Of a DNA stretch of 50,781 nucleotides, positions 14,403 through 26,322 are shown one piece after another; the stretch's first letter is position 1, and every line of letters starts with the position of its first letter. Location of the stretch: assembly GCA_964016885.1 (NCBI GenBank), contig CAXHJY010000155.1, positions 1 through 50,781 of the forward strand, in the 5' to 3' direction. This stretch comes from Eledone cirrhosa (lineage: Eukaryota). Below the pieces are notes generated by a model. That model was given only the letters and a program-made list of their open reading frames with translations. It searched no databases and had not been told where the DNA came from. A program made the position numbers and the translations under genes.

Positions 14403-15719
14403 TTGACAATGGCAACATAACTCTATATTGACATCACCCTAATCTACATACTCAATCATTTGTCTGAATGTGTGTTTATATATATGTGTGCTTCTGTGTA
14501 TTTGTGAGTGCTGTAAATTTCAAGCCCAGAGGAAGGTTCGATAGTAAAGTCGCATACTTATTTTGTTTTTAAGTGAAAAACTGTGATTTGTTGAAGAGTA
14601 TTTTCTTGATAATCTTCAAAAAGATAAAAAGTTTGCTGTTACAGTACCCCCACTCCAGCCCATGTTGATAATCTCTTCATTATGTCGTGTCCATAGCTAG
14701 TTTCTATTATTGTCAGTTCTTTTCAGTCCCCACACCTCACTCCTTTCTAACTATTTTGCATACTTTCAACATTTGAACTATAGTTGTTTTATAAATGGAA
14801 AGCAAGATGTGATGATTAGGTGATAGCAGTTGAGCTCGTGTTTACACAAAACACTTCTGGAGTGCTGCATTTACAATTTTAAAGCAGGGTTTATTTAGAG
14901 CAGGTGTTTTTACAACTCAATGCGTTTTTTCTTCTCCTGCCAACAACTTTTAACGAGATATTTACTGCATGGCATACTGCATTTTCCATTTAAACATTCT
15001 CAATTCGTTATAATTTTTTTTTTTTCTAATTTGCATATGTTTTTTATTGTTTATGGCTGGCAGATCTCTAATTTAAGAACTGGGGAGGGGGTATGTTATA
15101 AAAATTTGAGGAGGGTGGTACGTTATAAAAATTTGAGGCGGAGGATGGTAGTGGAGGGAGTGTAAAGTAGATAAAAACGATATTATATATTAGTGTAGTT
15201 TCTTTTGAGAGAAGCACATTGTTATATTTAAGAGAATAGAGTGTTTTCAGGAATTGGGCAATGAGGACTGCATCTAGCAAGCAGAGTCCTCTACTGACAA
15301 CTTGGGAAATTATTTTCATAGTTTGAACACGCATATATATATTTTTGTGTATGTATTGTTACACTTAAGCAATGTATGGAAAGGCAATAAGGTGTCCTAG
15401 CTCTACTATATTAATCATCTAACAGTGGAAGGAAGGTTGGTATGTAGCATTGTTGGCTTATATTGTATAGGAGGCATTTAAGGAACTTTTCTCATATGAT
15501 TTTTATTCTCAAACCTAGCAACTTGATTTATGACTCAAACTAGGTAATATACAACTTGTTTGACTGATAGCTACCTCTTAAGCAAGCTCATATGTTGTCT
15601 TTCATATTAAATCTCCACCTCTATATAGTGGTTCTCAATTCCTATAGCTTCAGAATAAACATTTGATATGTAAGTTTAAAACCTAAGTAGATTAACAGTT
15701 CTTTTTAAAATGACTACTC

Positions 15720-16082
15720 AAGGTTTAGAGGAGCAGCTACATGATCACTTGATCTACTAGAAATAGCAGCCAAATTTCACTTAAATCATACACTATTGCC
15801 TTAAAAATGAAAATAGTCCTAAATACACAAAAAGATAGGATGGTTATCAATGGGTTGTCTTTAATTATAGGTTTTCTTGATCAAAGTTGACTTTCACAAT
15901 GGGCACTGGGTAGAGGTTTCATGACTACTTGACCTGCTGGAAAAAGCAGCCAAATTTCCTTCAAATCACACACTATGGTCTTTAAACAAATTAAAGGATA
16001 AATAGTCTTGGGCAAGATGGGACATAAATAGAATACTTTTGATCATAGCTCTGCTTTGTTGGTAGAGCTGACTTTCACAATG
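15720..16082. repeat. Diverged ~180-bp tandem duplication, probably of a SINE 3' fragment
   Basis: CATGA..ACTTGA.CT.CT.GAAA.AGCAGCCAAATTTC ... TGACTTTCACAATG occurs twice. Confidence 0.65.
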
Positions 16083-16121
16083 ACTATACTAAACTATAAA
16101 TTTATATAGAAATAGGAAGGT

Positions 16122-16333
16122 TTTAACATTTTTTTATACTGACCTGCTTAAAACCACCTTGGTTCTAATAAAAACAACACCACCCATTTTAATTACTAGG
16201 TGAATTAAAATCGTTATTTTACAAATACCAGCTTAATGAAATGACTAATAATTTTAGGGAATCCCTATAAATTCTTTCTAAATGAATCCAGGTATATTAT
16301 ATTTCATTAGAAGTATGGTAATGAAAGGATTAA
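16122..16333. mobile_element. piggyBac-type MITE, family 2 (reverse orientation, degenerate)
   Basis: Ends in TATGGTAATGAAAGGA-TTAA. Confidence 0.6.
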
Positions 16334-16523
16334 TCTCTAAACATTGGGTTTAGCATCAGGAAATATTATTTAAAATAAATAAACAAACAAACAAACAAAA
16401 TAAAACATCTCTTAATACCCTTACCCAACAGTAACAACAATTTCTTGAATTGATAATGCTACAATATTTACACTGGTAAAGGTGGGGTTAAGGTGCATGG
16501 GGGTTCCTTCTATTATTCCTTCA

Positions 16524-16783
16524 GACTTTCATTACCATATTTTAAATGGAAGATACTATCTATAATTTGCAGTCCATTTTGAAAATAATCAAGAATTTGA
16601 AAATATTTAGTAATATAACTAACTCTCCATTACTATAAAGGTGTTTGGAACATAACTTATTGGTTCTTAACATAAGATTATAACAGATTATTTTTTTTAG
16701 ATAAATACAAACACTTTAAAAATGAGTAGTTTTGTATTCTATAACCAGGGTTGTTTTCAGGCAGTTGGTATCAAAAGAGTTAA
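16524..16783. mobile_element. piggyBac-type MITE, family 2, followed by a second left-end fragment
   Basis: CTTTCATTACCATATT ... GTTGGTATCAAAAGAG-TTAA, then GTCTTTTATTACCATATTTCTAATGAAAG. Confidence 0.65.
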
Positions 16784-17961
16784 GTCTTTTATTACCATAT
16801 TTCTAATGAAAGACGTTCTGTTAGTTCTTAATTCTTTTAATGGTTTACGTTATTAGACCTTGACTATGCTGGAGTCATGAAGGGTTTTTAGCCTATCATA
16901 TAAACCCCAGTACTTATTTTTTTCTAGTCTAGTACTAATTCTATCAGTCTCTATTGAACCACTAGGTTAGGAAGCATAAACATGGACACATGCACACATA
17001 TTCCTTTGAAAAGTGAATTCCTCAAGCACATAGCTATGCTTGCACAAACGATTTTCAAATGAATTCGAAACTTATCAAGAATCTCAAGGGATTTATTAAT
17101 ATAACTATCTTCATTATTAAGTTATTGTTTGGAACACAATTTAAAAAAAAGTTCTTACACAATATTAGATAATTATAAACACTTGAAACAGCAAATTGGC
17201 AGAGTTGTAAAAACATTGCTGAGGTCAACTTTGCCTTACTTTCTCTGGAGGTTGATAAATAAAAACTACCAGTTCATTACTGGAATCGTTTCTTCCTCTG
17301 TATCACTTTCTCCCTGTTGTTCTCTCTCTATCTCTCCATTTCTGGAAAGGGGTGGGCATTGCCAGTTTTTTAAATGCCCAGGAAAAGCTGTATGTCACTA
17401 CAGCACACCTAAAATTCCACCAGGAGTTGCATCCGTACAAACACTTCAAAACAAACTTTTTTATCATCATAGAATCAAGGACAGTTTCAGGCAGTTTGAT
17501 TTCAAAACCTTTTAAGGATATTAACGATGTGAAATAGCTGATTTGGAAATAGGGGACTGGGTGACGGATTAGATTCATCAGAACCTATCTACTGAAGATG
17601 AGCCAATGAGGGAATCTCTATGTGTGTTCACTCTACATGCATGTAATGGTTCCTCATTCTCCCTCAAATTACATCTATGGTAGTCCTAAGTATACTTTCT
17701 CTGAACAATCTAATTTTGAATTATGACAGCCTGCTCAACATGGAAAATGGACGTAAAGAGAATGTGTGTGTGTGTTTCATAAAGAAACTGGAGTTTTTGA
17801 GTATCAAGGTTTCATTTTACCACTTATTCAAAACAATATTTCATCTGTATTTTAACCCTTTCAATGTCAGCTCAGCTCAAACCATCTAAAAGGTTCTTAT
17901 CTAAATTAAGACCTAATATAATTTGATATAAAAGCGTTTTTGTCATATTACAAATACCATC

Positions 17962-18490
17962 TTAACCCTTTAGAGAGGCACATGGCTTAGTGGTTAGAGC
18001 ATTGGCCTTGCAATCGAAAGGTTGTGAGTTCAATTCTCAGACCGGGTGATGTGTTGTTTCCTTGAGCAAGACACTTTATTTCACATTGCTCCAGTTTACT
18101 CAGCTGTTGAAATGAGATGATAGGGACTGAGGTCCATATCATTCCACTGCAAAGTGGTCGTGGAGGTGCCACGTCAAAAAAGCACCCAGCACTCACTGCA
18201 AATGAGGTTGGTGTTAGGAAGGGCATCCAGCTGTAGAAATCAAGCCAGAATCAGTTCCCGTCCCACCCTTGCAAGCAGGGAAAAGCGGACGTAAAATGAA
18301 AATGATGATTACTCTATATTTACTATTATATTTTCACGGAAAATAATATTGAATCTATGAGATTTTGATATTATTTATTTTGAGAACAATACCTTAAAAT
18401 CAGTATGAGTGGTTGGTTACAGCCAGTTTGAACAGAAAGTAGTGAGAGGATTCTGGCTGGATACAGCCAGTTTAAATGCTAAAGGGTTAA
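17962..18490. mobile_element. piggyBac-type MITE, family 1, interrupted by a SINE
   Basis: TTAA-CCCTTTAG | SINE | ATTACTCTATA ... TTTAAATGCTAAAGGG-TTAA; colinear with 34211-34420. Confidence 0.85.
17974..18309 (+). mobile_element. Full-length SINE, family 1
   Basis: Near-identical to the reverse complement of 5725-6069. Confidence 0.9.
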
Positions 18491-19169
18491 TCAAAATAAT
18501 TTTGGTAAATCCCTCCAAATTGTTCATTGATTAATTCAAATACACTGTATTTTATCAGAAATATGTCAAGGAAAAGATTTAAAAAAATCTAAGACACACA
18601 TGTTCACACATAAATGCATACATGCACAATTTTTTGTATTTCGCATATATCTCAAGATGGTAGGTGGCTACAGTATCACATTACTAATCTTATTCATAAT
18701 AACAGGTTTAGTGTAATATCTTATTAACATTGAATTCTGTTCTTTTTTATCCATGATGCATTACTTTAACTCTTTGATGGAGGGAAAAATAGTTTTTATT
18801 TCTTTTAAATGGTCCTAATATTGTGCTTCTTAACTATTCCTGCGATGTTTTAAATATGCTGAAACATCTAAACTACTATACTAACATACAAAACTGGGTG
18901 TTTAAATAAATAAATAATAAAAGAATGATTAATAAAAACAGACTTATAGATTCACAAGGGTGTCTGATAATTTTAGTCTAGAAGAAGGAACTCAACTGTT
19001 TTCATTTATTGATTTATTTAAATTAGTTGATGTTGATGCTGCTGATGATGAGCTTCTTGCAAGCTAAATCTATATATGTATGCTCAGTCATCTGGTTTTA
19101 TTGCTTGTCTCAGAATAAAACACACTGTAACCCTCTCACAGCAAGACGGAGGTCATTCAGTCATTCACG

Positions 19170-19201
<32 letters not shown>

Positions 19202-19566
19202 GGGGGGGGGGGGAATTCACAGTGTAATTACAATTTCTTGTGTAGATAGATGAAGTCTCGTAATTATAAGAAATGGAGGAAAATGGAAATTTGAGAACGA
19301 AACACTAACCCTCTCACAGTATGATGGAGGTCATTTTATAACTCATTATTATTTTATTTATTTATTACAGTGTAAATACAATTTCTTTTCTCTCCTTCCC
19401 TCCTTCTCCTATCTCCCTCTCTCTCTATATATACATATACATACATATATCATCATCATCATCATCATCATCAGGTTTAGCGTCCGTGTTCCACGCTTGC
19501 ATGGGTTTGGACGGGGGTTTTCCCACTTGAGGCAAGAGTGGTTGTCTTGCTCGCATAGGACTGTCT

Positions 19567-19770
19567 GATGCCCTTCCTAACACCAACCACATTTACAGTG
19601 TGGGGCTGGGAGGTTTTTACCGTGTTGCCTACACAGCCACATTACAGCGTGGACTGTCTGGCGGGTTTTCTACAGCTGGATGCCCTTCCTAACACCAACC
19701 ACATTTACAGTGTGGGGCTGGGAGGTTTTTACCGTGTTGCCTACACGGCCACATTTACAGCGTGGACTGT
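19567..19770. repeat. ~112-bp tandem duplication in the LINE 3'UTR
   Basis: GATGCCCTTCCTAACACCAACCACATTTACAGTGTGGGGCTGGGAGG...GTGGACTGT occurs twice. Confidence 0.9.
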
Positions 19771-19939
19771 GTGTTTTTTTGTCGTGACACCTACACGATC
19801 TCATTTGTTTCGGCCTGGATGTTGTGGGACCAACATAACTTTACATTGAAAGGGGCGGTGTGGATGGGGTGGAGGTGGTGGGACGGGGGTGTGTTTTGAT
19901 AGAGATGCCTACTGACTGTAGTAGGTTTTTACTTTGTAT

Positions 19940-22900
19940 TTAGGTAAGGCGGGTCTTCTCTATTACTGAGTACCGCCAAAGGTCTCGGTCCAGTGACATT
20001 GTCTTGGAGAGGTGTAAGCGTGTGAGGTCAGAATTTATCAGCTCGTCCCATGTTTTTCTGGGTCTGCCTACTCCGTGGCTACCGTCTATCTTTATTGCCC
20101 TGCACTTTGTTATACAGCTGTCGTCTTTCATGCGCATCACGTGACCGTACCAACGTAGCCTTCTCTCGAGTAAACAACATCTGATCCCTCTTATTTCTAA
20201 TTTTTTCCTTAGTTCGTTTATGCTTTGCCGTTCACGTATATTACTATTGCACATCCAGCGGAGCATGCAAGCTTAGTTCCTCTCTAGTCTGCGTATATCC
20301 TCTGCACACAATGCCCAGGTCTCACTGCCATGCAGCATTGTTGTTCGTATGCAGGCATCGTATAACCTGCCTTTCATTTTTAGGGAGAACCCTCTAGCGG
20401 CTAATAGTGGTATAAGCTCTCTGAACTTTTTCCATCCAGTTCTGACTCTAGCTACTGTACTTTCAGAGCACCCTCCCCCACTGCTGATTTTGTCACCCAG
20501 GTAACGGAAGCTGTCCACTATTTCTATAGAATCCTCTGCGCAGTTGAAGGAGCTAGTATTTTGTGGGCACTTGCTGCTACTTATTGCACCAGAGCACCGG
20601 CCACATGTAAAATCTATGTTCTTAGTTAGCTTACCTGTGATCCCACTACATCTTTTATGCACCCATACTTTGCATTTGGGACATAAAATGGAGTTTCTAC
20701 CTACGCCTTTCCTACACACTGAGCATGGCCATTTCCCAGAAGGGACCGCCGCCTTATTTTCTTTCCTACAAACTAGAACTTTAGTCTTAGCCAGGTTAAT
20801 TTTAAGGCCTTTTGATTCTAGGCCATGCTTCCATGTTTGGAATTTCTTCTCTAGTTCGGTCATTGATTCAGCTATGAGCGTTAGATCATCTGCGTATAGG
20901 AGTTCCCATGGGCAGCCAGTCTTGAACTCCTCTGTTATAGCCTGAAGGGCAATAATAAATAGTAGGGGGCTAAGAACAGAGCCCTGATGGACACCAACTT
21001 TTACGCTAAACTCTTCACTATATTCGTTGTTAATTCTAACCTTACTGACTGTTTCTTTATACATGGCTTGTATAGCTCTCACAAGCCATTCGTCAACACC
21101 TAGTTTTCTAAGAGACCACCAGATAATGGAACGGGGGACTCTGTCGAAGGCTTTCTCCAAGTCGACGAAAGCTAAGTATAGGGGTTTACTTTTAGCTAGG
21201 TACTTCTCCTGTAGTTGTCGTACAATGAAAAGAGTGTCTGTGGTACTTTTGCCTGACACAAACCCGAACTGCATTTCATCTAGATCAATTCTCTCTCTGA
21301 TTAGTTGCGCTATTACTTTTTCCGTGACCTTCATGACCTGGTCGATTAATTTAATGCCTCTATAGTTACTCCTATCTAGGGCATCTCCTTTTCCCTTATA
21401 GCAGTTAACGATGATGCTGCTACGCCAGTCCTTCGGAACAACCCCATTCTGTACGACTTGGTTAACTATCCGGGTGACCATGGTGTGTCCCACCGAACCA
21501 GATGCCTTCAGCATCTCAGCAACTATTTCCGAAGGACCAGCCGCCTTACCCGTCTTCATATCTTTGATTGCCTTACTTATTGTACTACCCTGGACTAACA
21601 CTGCTGGTCCCTCTATTGGGTCGATGTGGGGGAGACTGTCTTTCTCCCATTTGTTCTCCTCATTTAGAAGCCTTTCGTAGTGACACTTCCAAGCTACCTT
21701 CTTATCAGCGTCGGTGATGGCAAGTATGCCATCATCGTTAAGTACACACTTCTCCCCGACAATATCACGGTTTTCCTTGACACATTGCCTGGCAATCCTG
21801 AACACCTCACGTTTTTGGTCCTCACGTTGTAGAACATGCTTGAACTTTCTTTCCTCTGCTTCCCTTCTTGCGAAGTACACTTGTCTCCTAGCTTCCCTCC
21901 TGGCCACTTGATAGTCTTCTCTACTTCCCCCATCCCGCCATACTTTCCAAGCCTGCTTTTTGGCCTTAATTGACTCCTCCACCTTACTGTTCCACCACCA
22001 TGTTACTCTCCTCCCACCTACAGGCCTGCTCCAGCCACAGACTTCGTCTGCCGCCGTCAGCAGGTTTGCTCTCAGGAATTCCCACTGTTCCTCTATATTA
22101 TACGACTCTAATTGCTCTTCCTTACTGTCGAAAGCATCAAGTAATATGCTTTGAAATTTATTTTTGGCTATGGGGTCCTTTAGCTTCCATATTTTTCTCC
22201 TGAGGATAGTCCTCTTCCGCTGTCTAGTACGTCTCGTCCTGACTATGAGGTCGCTAATTATCAGTCTATGTTGGGAGGTGAATTCTTCATGGGGGAGGGA
22301 TTTAGTGTTAACAACAGACACTCTGTCACGTCTTCTGGTAAGGATATAATCTACCTGGCTTGTGTGTTCCCCCGATCTATAGGTGATCAAGTGATTGTCT
22401 CGTTTTTTGAAGTTAGTGTTACAGATAGTTAGGTTATTTGCGTCGCAGAATTCCAGGATTCTGGAGCCTTCCTCATTTCTAGTACCGAACCCATAGCCTC
22501 CATGGATTCCGTCATAGCCGTCACAATGTTGTCCAACGTGACCATTTAGGTCGCCTGCAATAACTATATAGTCACTGTCGGTTATTTGGGAGGTAGCGAG
22601 CATCAGTGTCTCGTAGAATCCGTCTTTTATAGCGCCGGGCAGTCCGGATTGGGGTGCGTACGCAGATATTACTGTCACCGTAGTTTTATTGAGGACACGT
22701 CTTATTTTAATTATTTTGTCGTTACTTTATTTACGTCTATTATCTTATCTGCCCACTTTTCTGCTACCATGATTCCTACCCCACCCAACCCATTGTCATT
22801 TCCCACCCAGAAAAGCTTATAGCATCGTTCTTTACCCACGATGAATCTAACCGACCCTCCCCTCCACCTGGTCTCTTGAATACAACACACATCGACCTCC

Positions 22901-23184
22901 TTACGTTCAAGCATTTCTACAACCTCGTTAGAGCGACCCTTTAAGGTGCCTACATTCATGGTACCAACTCTGAAGTTTTGGATTGCGTTTGGAGGGTGGG
23001 AGCGGTGGGGCGCAGGGGTGGGTGGGGTTATGTTAGCCATCCTGGGCCGAAACAAGGAGGAGTGCTTGCATTCTCGTCCACGAGGTGAATTTGTCTTTAT
23101 CTTTGGCATTGTCGCTGAGCGTCCACATTTTTCTCGCTTCAACTCTCCAGAATTCCGTAATCCATCCATCATATCGAAAAGCAA
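19940..23184 (-). pseudogene. RTE polyprotein: AP endonuclease, reverse transcriptase and internal PHD finger; two lesions
   Basis: APE motifs GTMNVGTL, QETRW, AYAPQ, GDLNGHVG, DYIL, SQH. RT motifs NYRGIKL, QFGF, DLEKAFD, GVHQGSVLSP, YADD (20885-20896), FRYLG. C-terminus RLRWYGHV...GRPRKTW. 1-bp deletion near 22722 (restoring it gives VNKVxDKIIKIRRVL..TVISAY) and in-frame TAA at 20273-20275 (RLERN*ASMLRW). Confidence 0.93.
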
Positions 23185-23521
23185 CCAGTTAAGCGATAGT
23201 ATGGACCTCTGACTTATGATTGGTCCACGTAATAATGGTGGTGCGTGGGGGCGGGTGGGAGGGATGATGGGCTGTTAGCGAGAATGTAAGGTTTAAGATA
23301 AGATCGCCGTATTTTGGGCATAATTGAACAATAAACAAAAATACAAGATTTGTTTTGTTTAAGAAAATACGATAGAGAAAATGCGGTGATAGGGAAAATA
23401 TGATTTTTAGAGAAAAAAATATGATATAGAATGGTGAAAATATGATATAGTGTGAAATTAGGACATAGAATAGTGATTGAACGAATGGAGAGAAGAATCG
23501 AGAAAAAAAAAAATATATATA

Positions 23522-23575
23522 TCCAGAATTAGCCGTCGAAACGGCTTGAGCTCAGCCGTCGGGGTCCTACTCGTT

Positions 23576-23577
<2 letters not shown>
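23522..23577 (+). mobile_element. Short insertion carrying a putative hammerhead 3' half (GAAA-stem III-GUC)
   Basis: GAAACGGCT-TGAGCTC-AGCCGTC; homologous to 44313-44368; (TA)n on both sides. Confidence 0.5.
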
Positions 23578-23635
<58 letters not shown>

Positions 23636-23659
23636 CATACACACACACATATATATATA

Positions 23660-24030
23660 AATATAAGAGAGTATTGAAGTTTGCTTGAAGCATTGTGGAA
23701 TAATAAGTAAATATTCAAGTAGATATTCAAAACAACAAACAGCGGAGGACGCGTTTCGCACCTTTCCCCCACCCCGGAAAAAAAACCCCAGTTGATGGAC
23801 GTGAATCCGAAATATATAGGGACAATTAAATCTCTCCCAAGGTAACTCTCTCTCGTGTTGTTATTTTATTTTATCCTTTATACTCTTTCCTTCATTCTTC
23901 TACACGTCTTATACACACCATGCATCTCAACGTACACCCACTTACACCTCTCTCTCCACCACCGGATCTTGTTACCCGGAGATTTACCCATTTGCATTGT
24001 CGAGGCTTCCAAACGACGTAAAGATATTTA
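23660..24030. mobile_element. Penelope/retrozyme-like fragment(s) with half and degenerate hammerhead motifs
   Basis: Minus strand GAAACGCGTC at 23757-23748; plus strand ccc-CAGTTGA-t-gga-cgtgaa-tcc-GAAA-tata-TA-ggg at 23786-23821; flanked by (TA)n. Confidence 0.45.
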
Positions 24031-24073
24031 CATATATATATATACATACATATATATATATATATATATACAC

Positions 24074-24114
<41 letters not shown>

Positions 24115-24438
24115 CATCATCATCATCATCATCATTTCATTTTACGTCCGCTTTTCCCTGCTAGCAAGGGTGGGACGGGAACTGATTCTGGCTTGATTTC
24201 TACAGCTGGATGCCCTTCCTAACACCAACCTCATTTACAGTGAGTGCTGGGTGCTTTTTTTGCAGTGGAATAATAGGGACCCCAGTCCCTATCATCTCAT
24301 TTCTACAGCTGAGTAAACTGGAGCAATGTGAAATAAAGTGTCTTGCTCAAGGAAACAACACATCACCCGGTCTGAGAATTGAACTCACAACCTTTCGATT
24401 GCAAGGCCAATGCTCTAACCACTAAGCCATGTGCCTCC
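24115..24438 (-). mobile_element. SINE family 1 with a small internal deletion
   Basis: Same head, core and tail as 5725-6069; lacks the GCCGTGGCACCTCCACGACCAC segment. Confidence 0.9.
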
Positions 24439-25345
<907 letters not shown>

Positions 25346-25910
25346 ATTGAGATAAGCGGAGCAAGCAAGATTCAAACAATTTTTTAAAAAATATAATTTA
25401 AATATTTACCTATTCCAATTGCTTTTGCCGACGGTTTCACTTCACAAAAGATTGGAGATCCCTAGGAACTTCCAATGGAGAAGTTAAGATCATCAGAAAG
25501 CATTTTCCTTACCTAGGACTAAAAGTCCCAGGAACGGCAAAATATATTGCCATCTGCCAGCTAGCACAGGATCGAATGGGGCCGAAAATTGGATCTATGC
25601 ATAAACCAGCCCATAGTAGAACCGGAAGTAAACAGACGCATTGTCTACCTCGCCACTAAAAATAGCAGCTAAATAGAACAACAGATTTGTTCTCTACATA
25701 ACGGAGAATATTAAAAGAAGTTAATATCCCCACAGGTACTAAGTACCCCTGGAAATATATAGGGTGTCTATGATACAGTGGTTGTTCTATGGTATTAATT
25801 TGACATACCAGAACTATAACATTGAGATAAGCGGAGCAAGCAAGATTCAAACAATTTTTTAAAATAAATAAAAAAAATATAATTTAAATATTTACCTATT
25901 CCAATTGCTT
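25346..25910 (-). mobile_element. Retrozyme-like element family A, copy 1 (~475-486-nt unit plus terminal redundancy)
   Basis: 25346-25424 is repeated at 25821-25910; contains a hammerhead-like motif; near-identical to 43637-44210; (TA)n flanks; no credible ORF. Confidence 0.75.
25421..25501 (-). ncRNA. Type-I hammerhead ribozyme-like motif (U16.1 replaced by C)
   Basis: gcuuu-CUGAUGA-[long stem II acuuc...gaagu]-GAAA-ccg-u-cgg-CA-aaagc. Confidence 0.65.
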
Positions 25911-25912
25911 CT

Positions 25913-25973
<61 letters not shown>

Positions 25974-25976
<3 letters not shown>

Positions 25977-26215
25977 CAATTCTTCAATTCTCGGACCGGG
26001 TGATGTGTTGTTTCCTTGAGCAAGACACTTTATTTCACATTGCTCCAGTTCACTCAGCTGTAGAAATGAGATGATAGGGACTAGGGTCCCTATCATTCCA
26101 CTGCAAAGTGGTCGTGGCGGTGCCACGGCAAAAAAGCACCCACTACTCACTGTAAATGAGGTTGGCGTTAGGAAGGGAATCCAGCTCTAGAAATCAAGCC
26201 AGAATCAGTTCCCGT
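25974..26215 (+). mobile_element. 5'-truncated SINE family 1 lacking its own tail
   Basis: Runs from the B box to GAATCAGTTCCCGT. Confidence 0.88.
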
Positions 26216-26322
26216 ATGAGCAAGACAAGGTCAGCCGACCAGACACTGCCCACAACAGGACACCCCGTCTAACCCATGCTAGCATGGAAGAACGGACGTA
26301 AAACGGTGATGATGATGATGAT
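26215..26322 (+). mobile_element. 3' end of a related RTE family joined to the SINE
   Basis: GAGCAAGACAA ... CCCCGTCTAACCCATGCTAGCATGGAAGAACGGACGTAAAACGG(TGA)n. Confidence 0.75.

Larger units (their letters stand above)
19451..23512 (-). mobile_element. Near-full-length RTE-clade LINE with (TGA)n tail; 5' boundary approximate
   Basis: Single APE+RT reading frame, 3'UTR 19474-19939, (TGA)n tail 19451-19473, pyrimidine-rich 5' leader; TA-rich flanks. Confidence 0.93.

Noticed and set aside
17974-18045. tRNA-like sequence
   Set aside because: SINE head: A and B boxes present, but acceptor and anticodon stems do not pair and it is fused to a CORE-like body.
20544-22349. Plus-strand ORFs antisense to the LINE
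   Set aside because: Shadow ORFs of the RT coding strand.
23184-23580. HDV-like or twister ribozyme at the RTE 5' end
   Set aside because: Such ribozymes occur in some RTEs, but I could not build the nested pseudoknot or the twister core by eye.
25656-25850. Identical 64-aa ORF here and at 43932-44126
   Set aside because: Non-ATG start and no recognisable domain; identity reflects two young copies of the same element.
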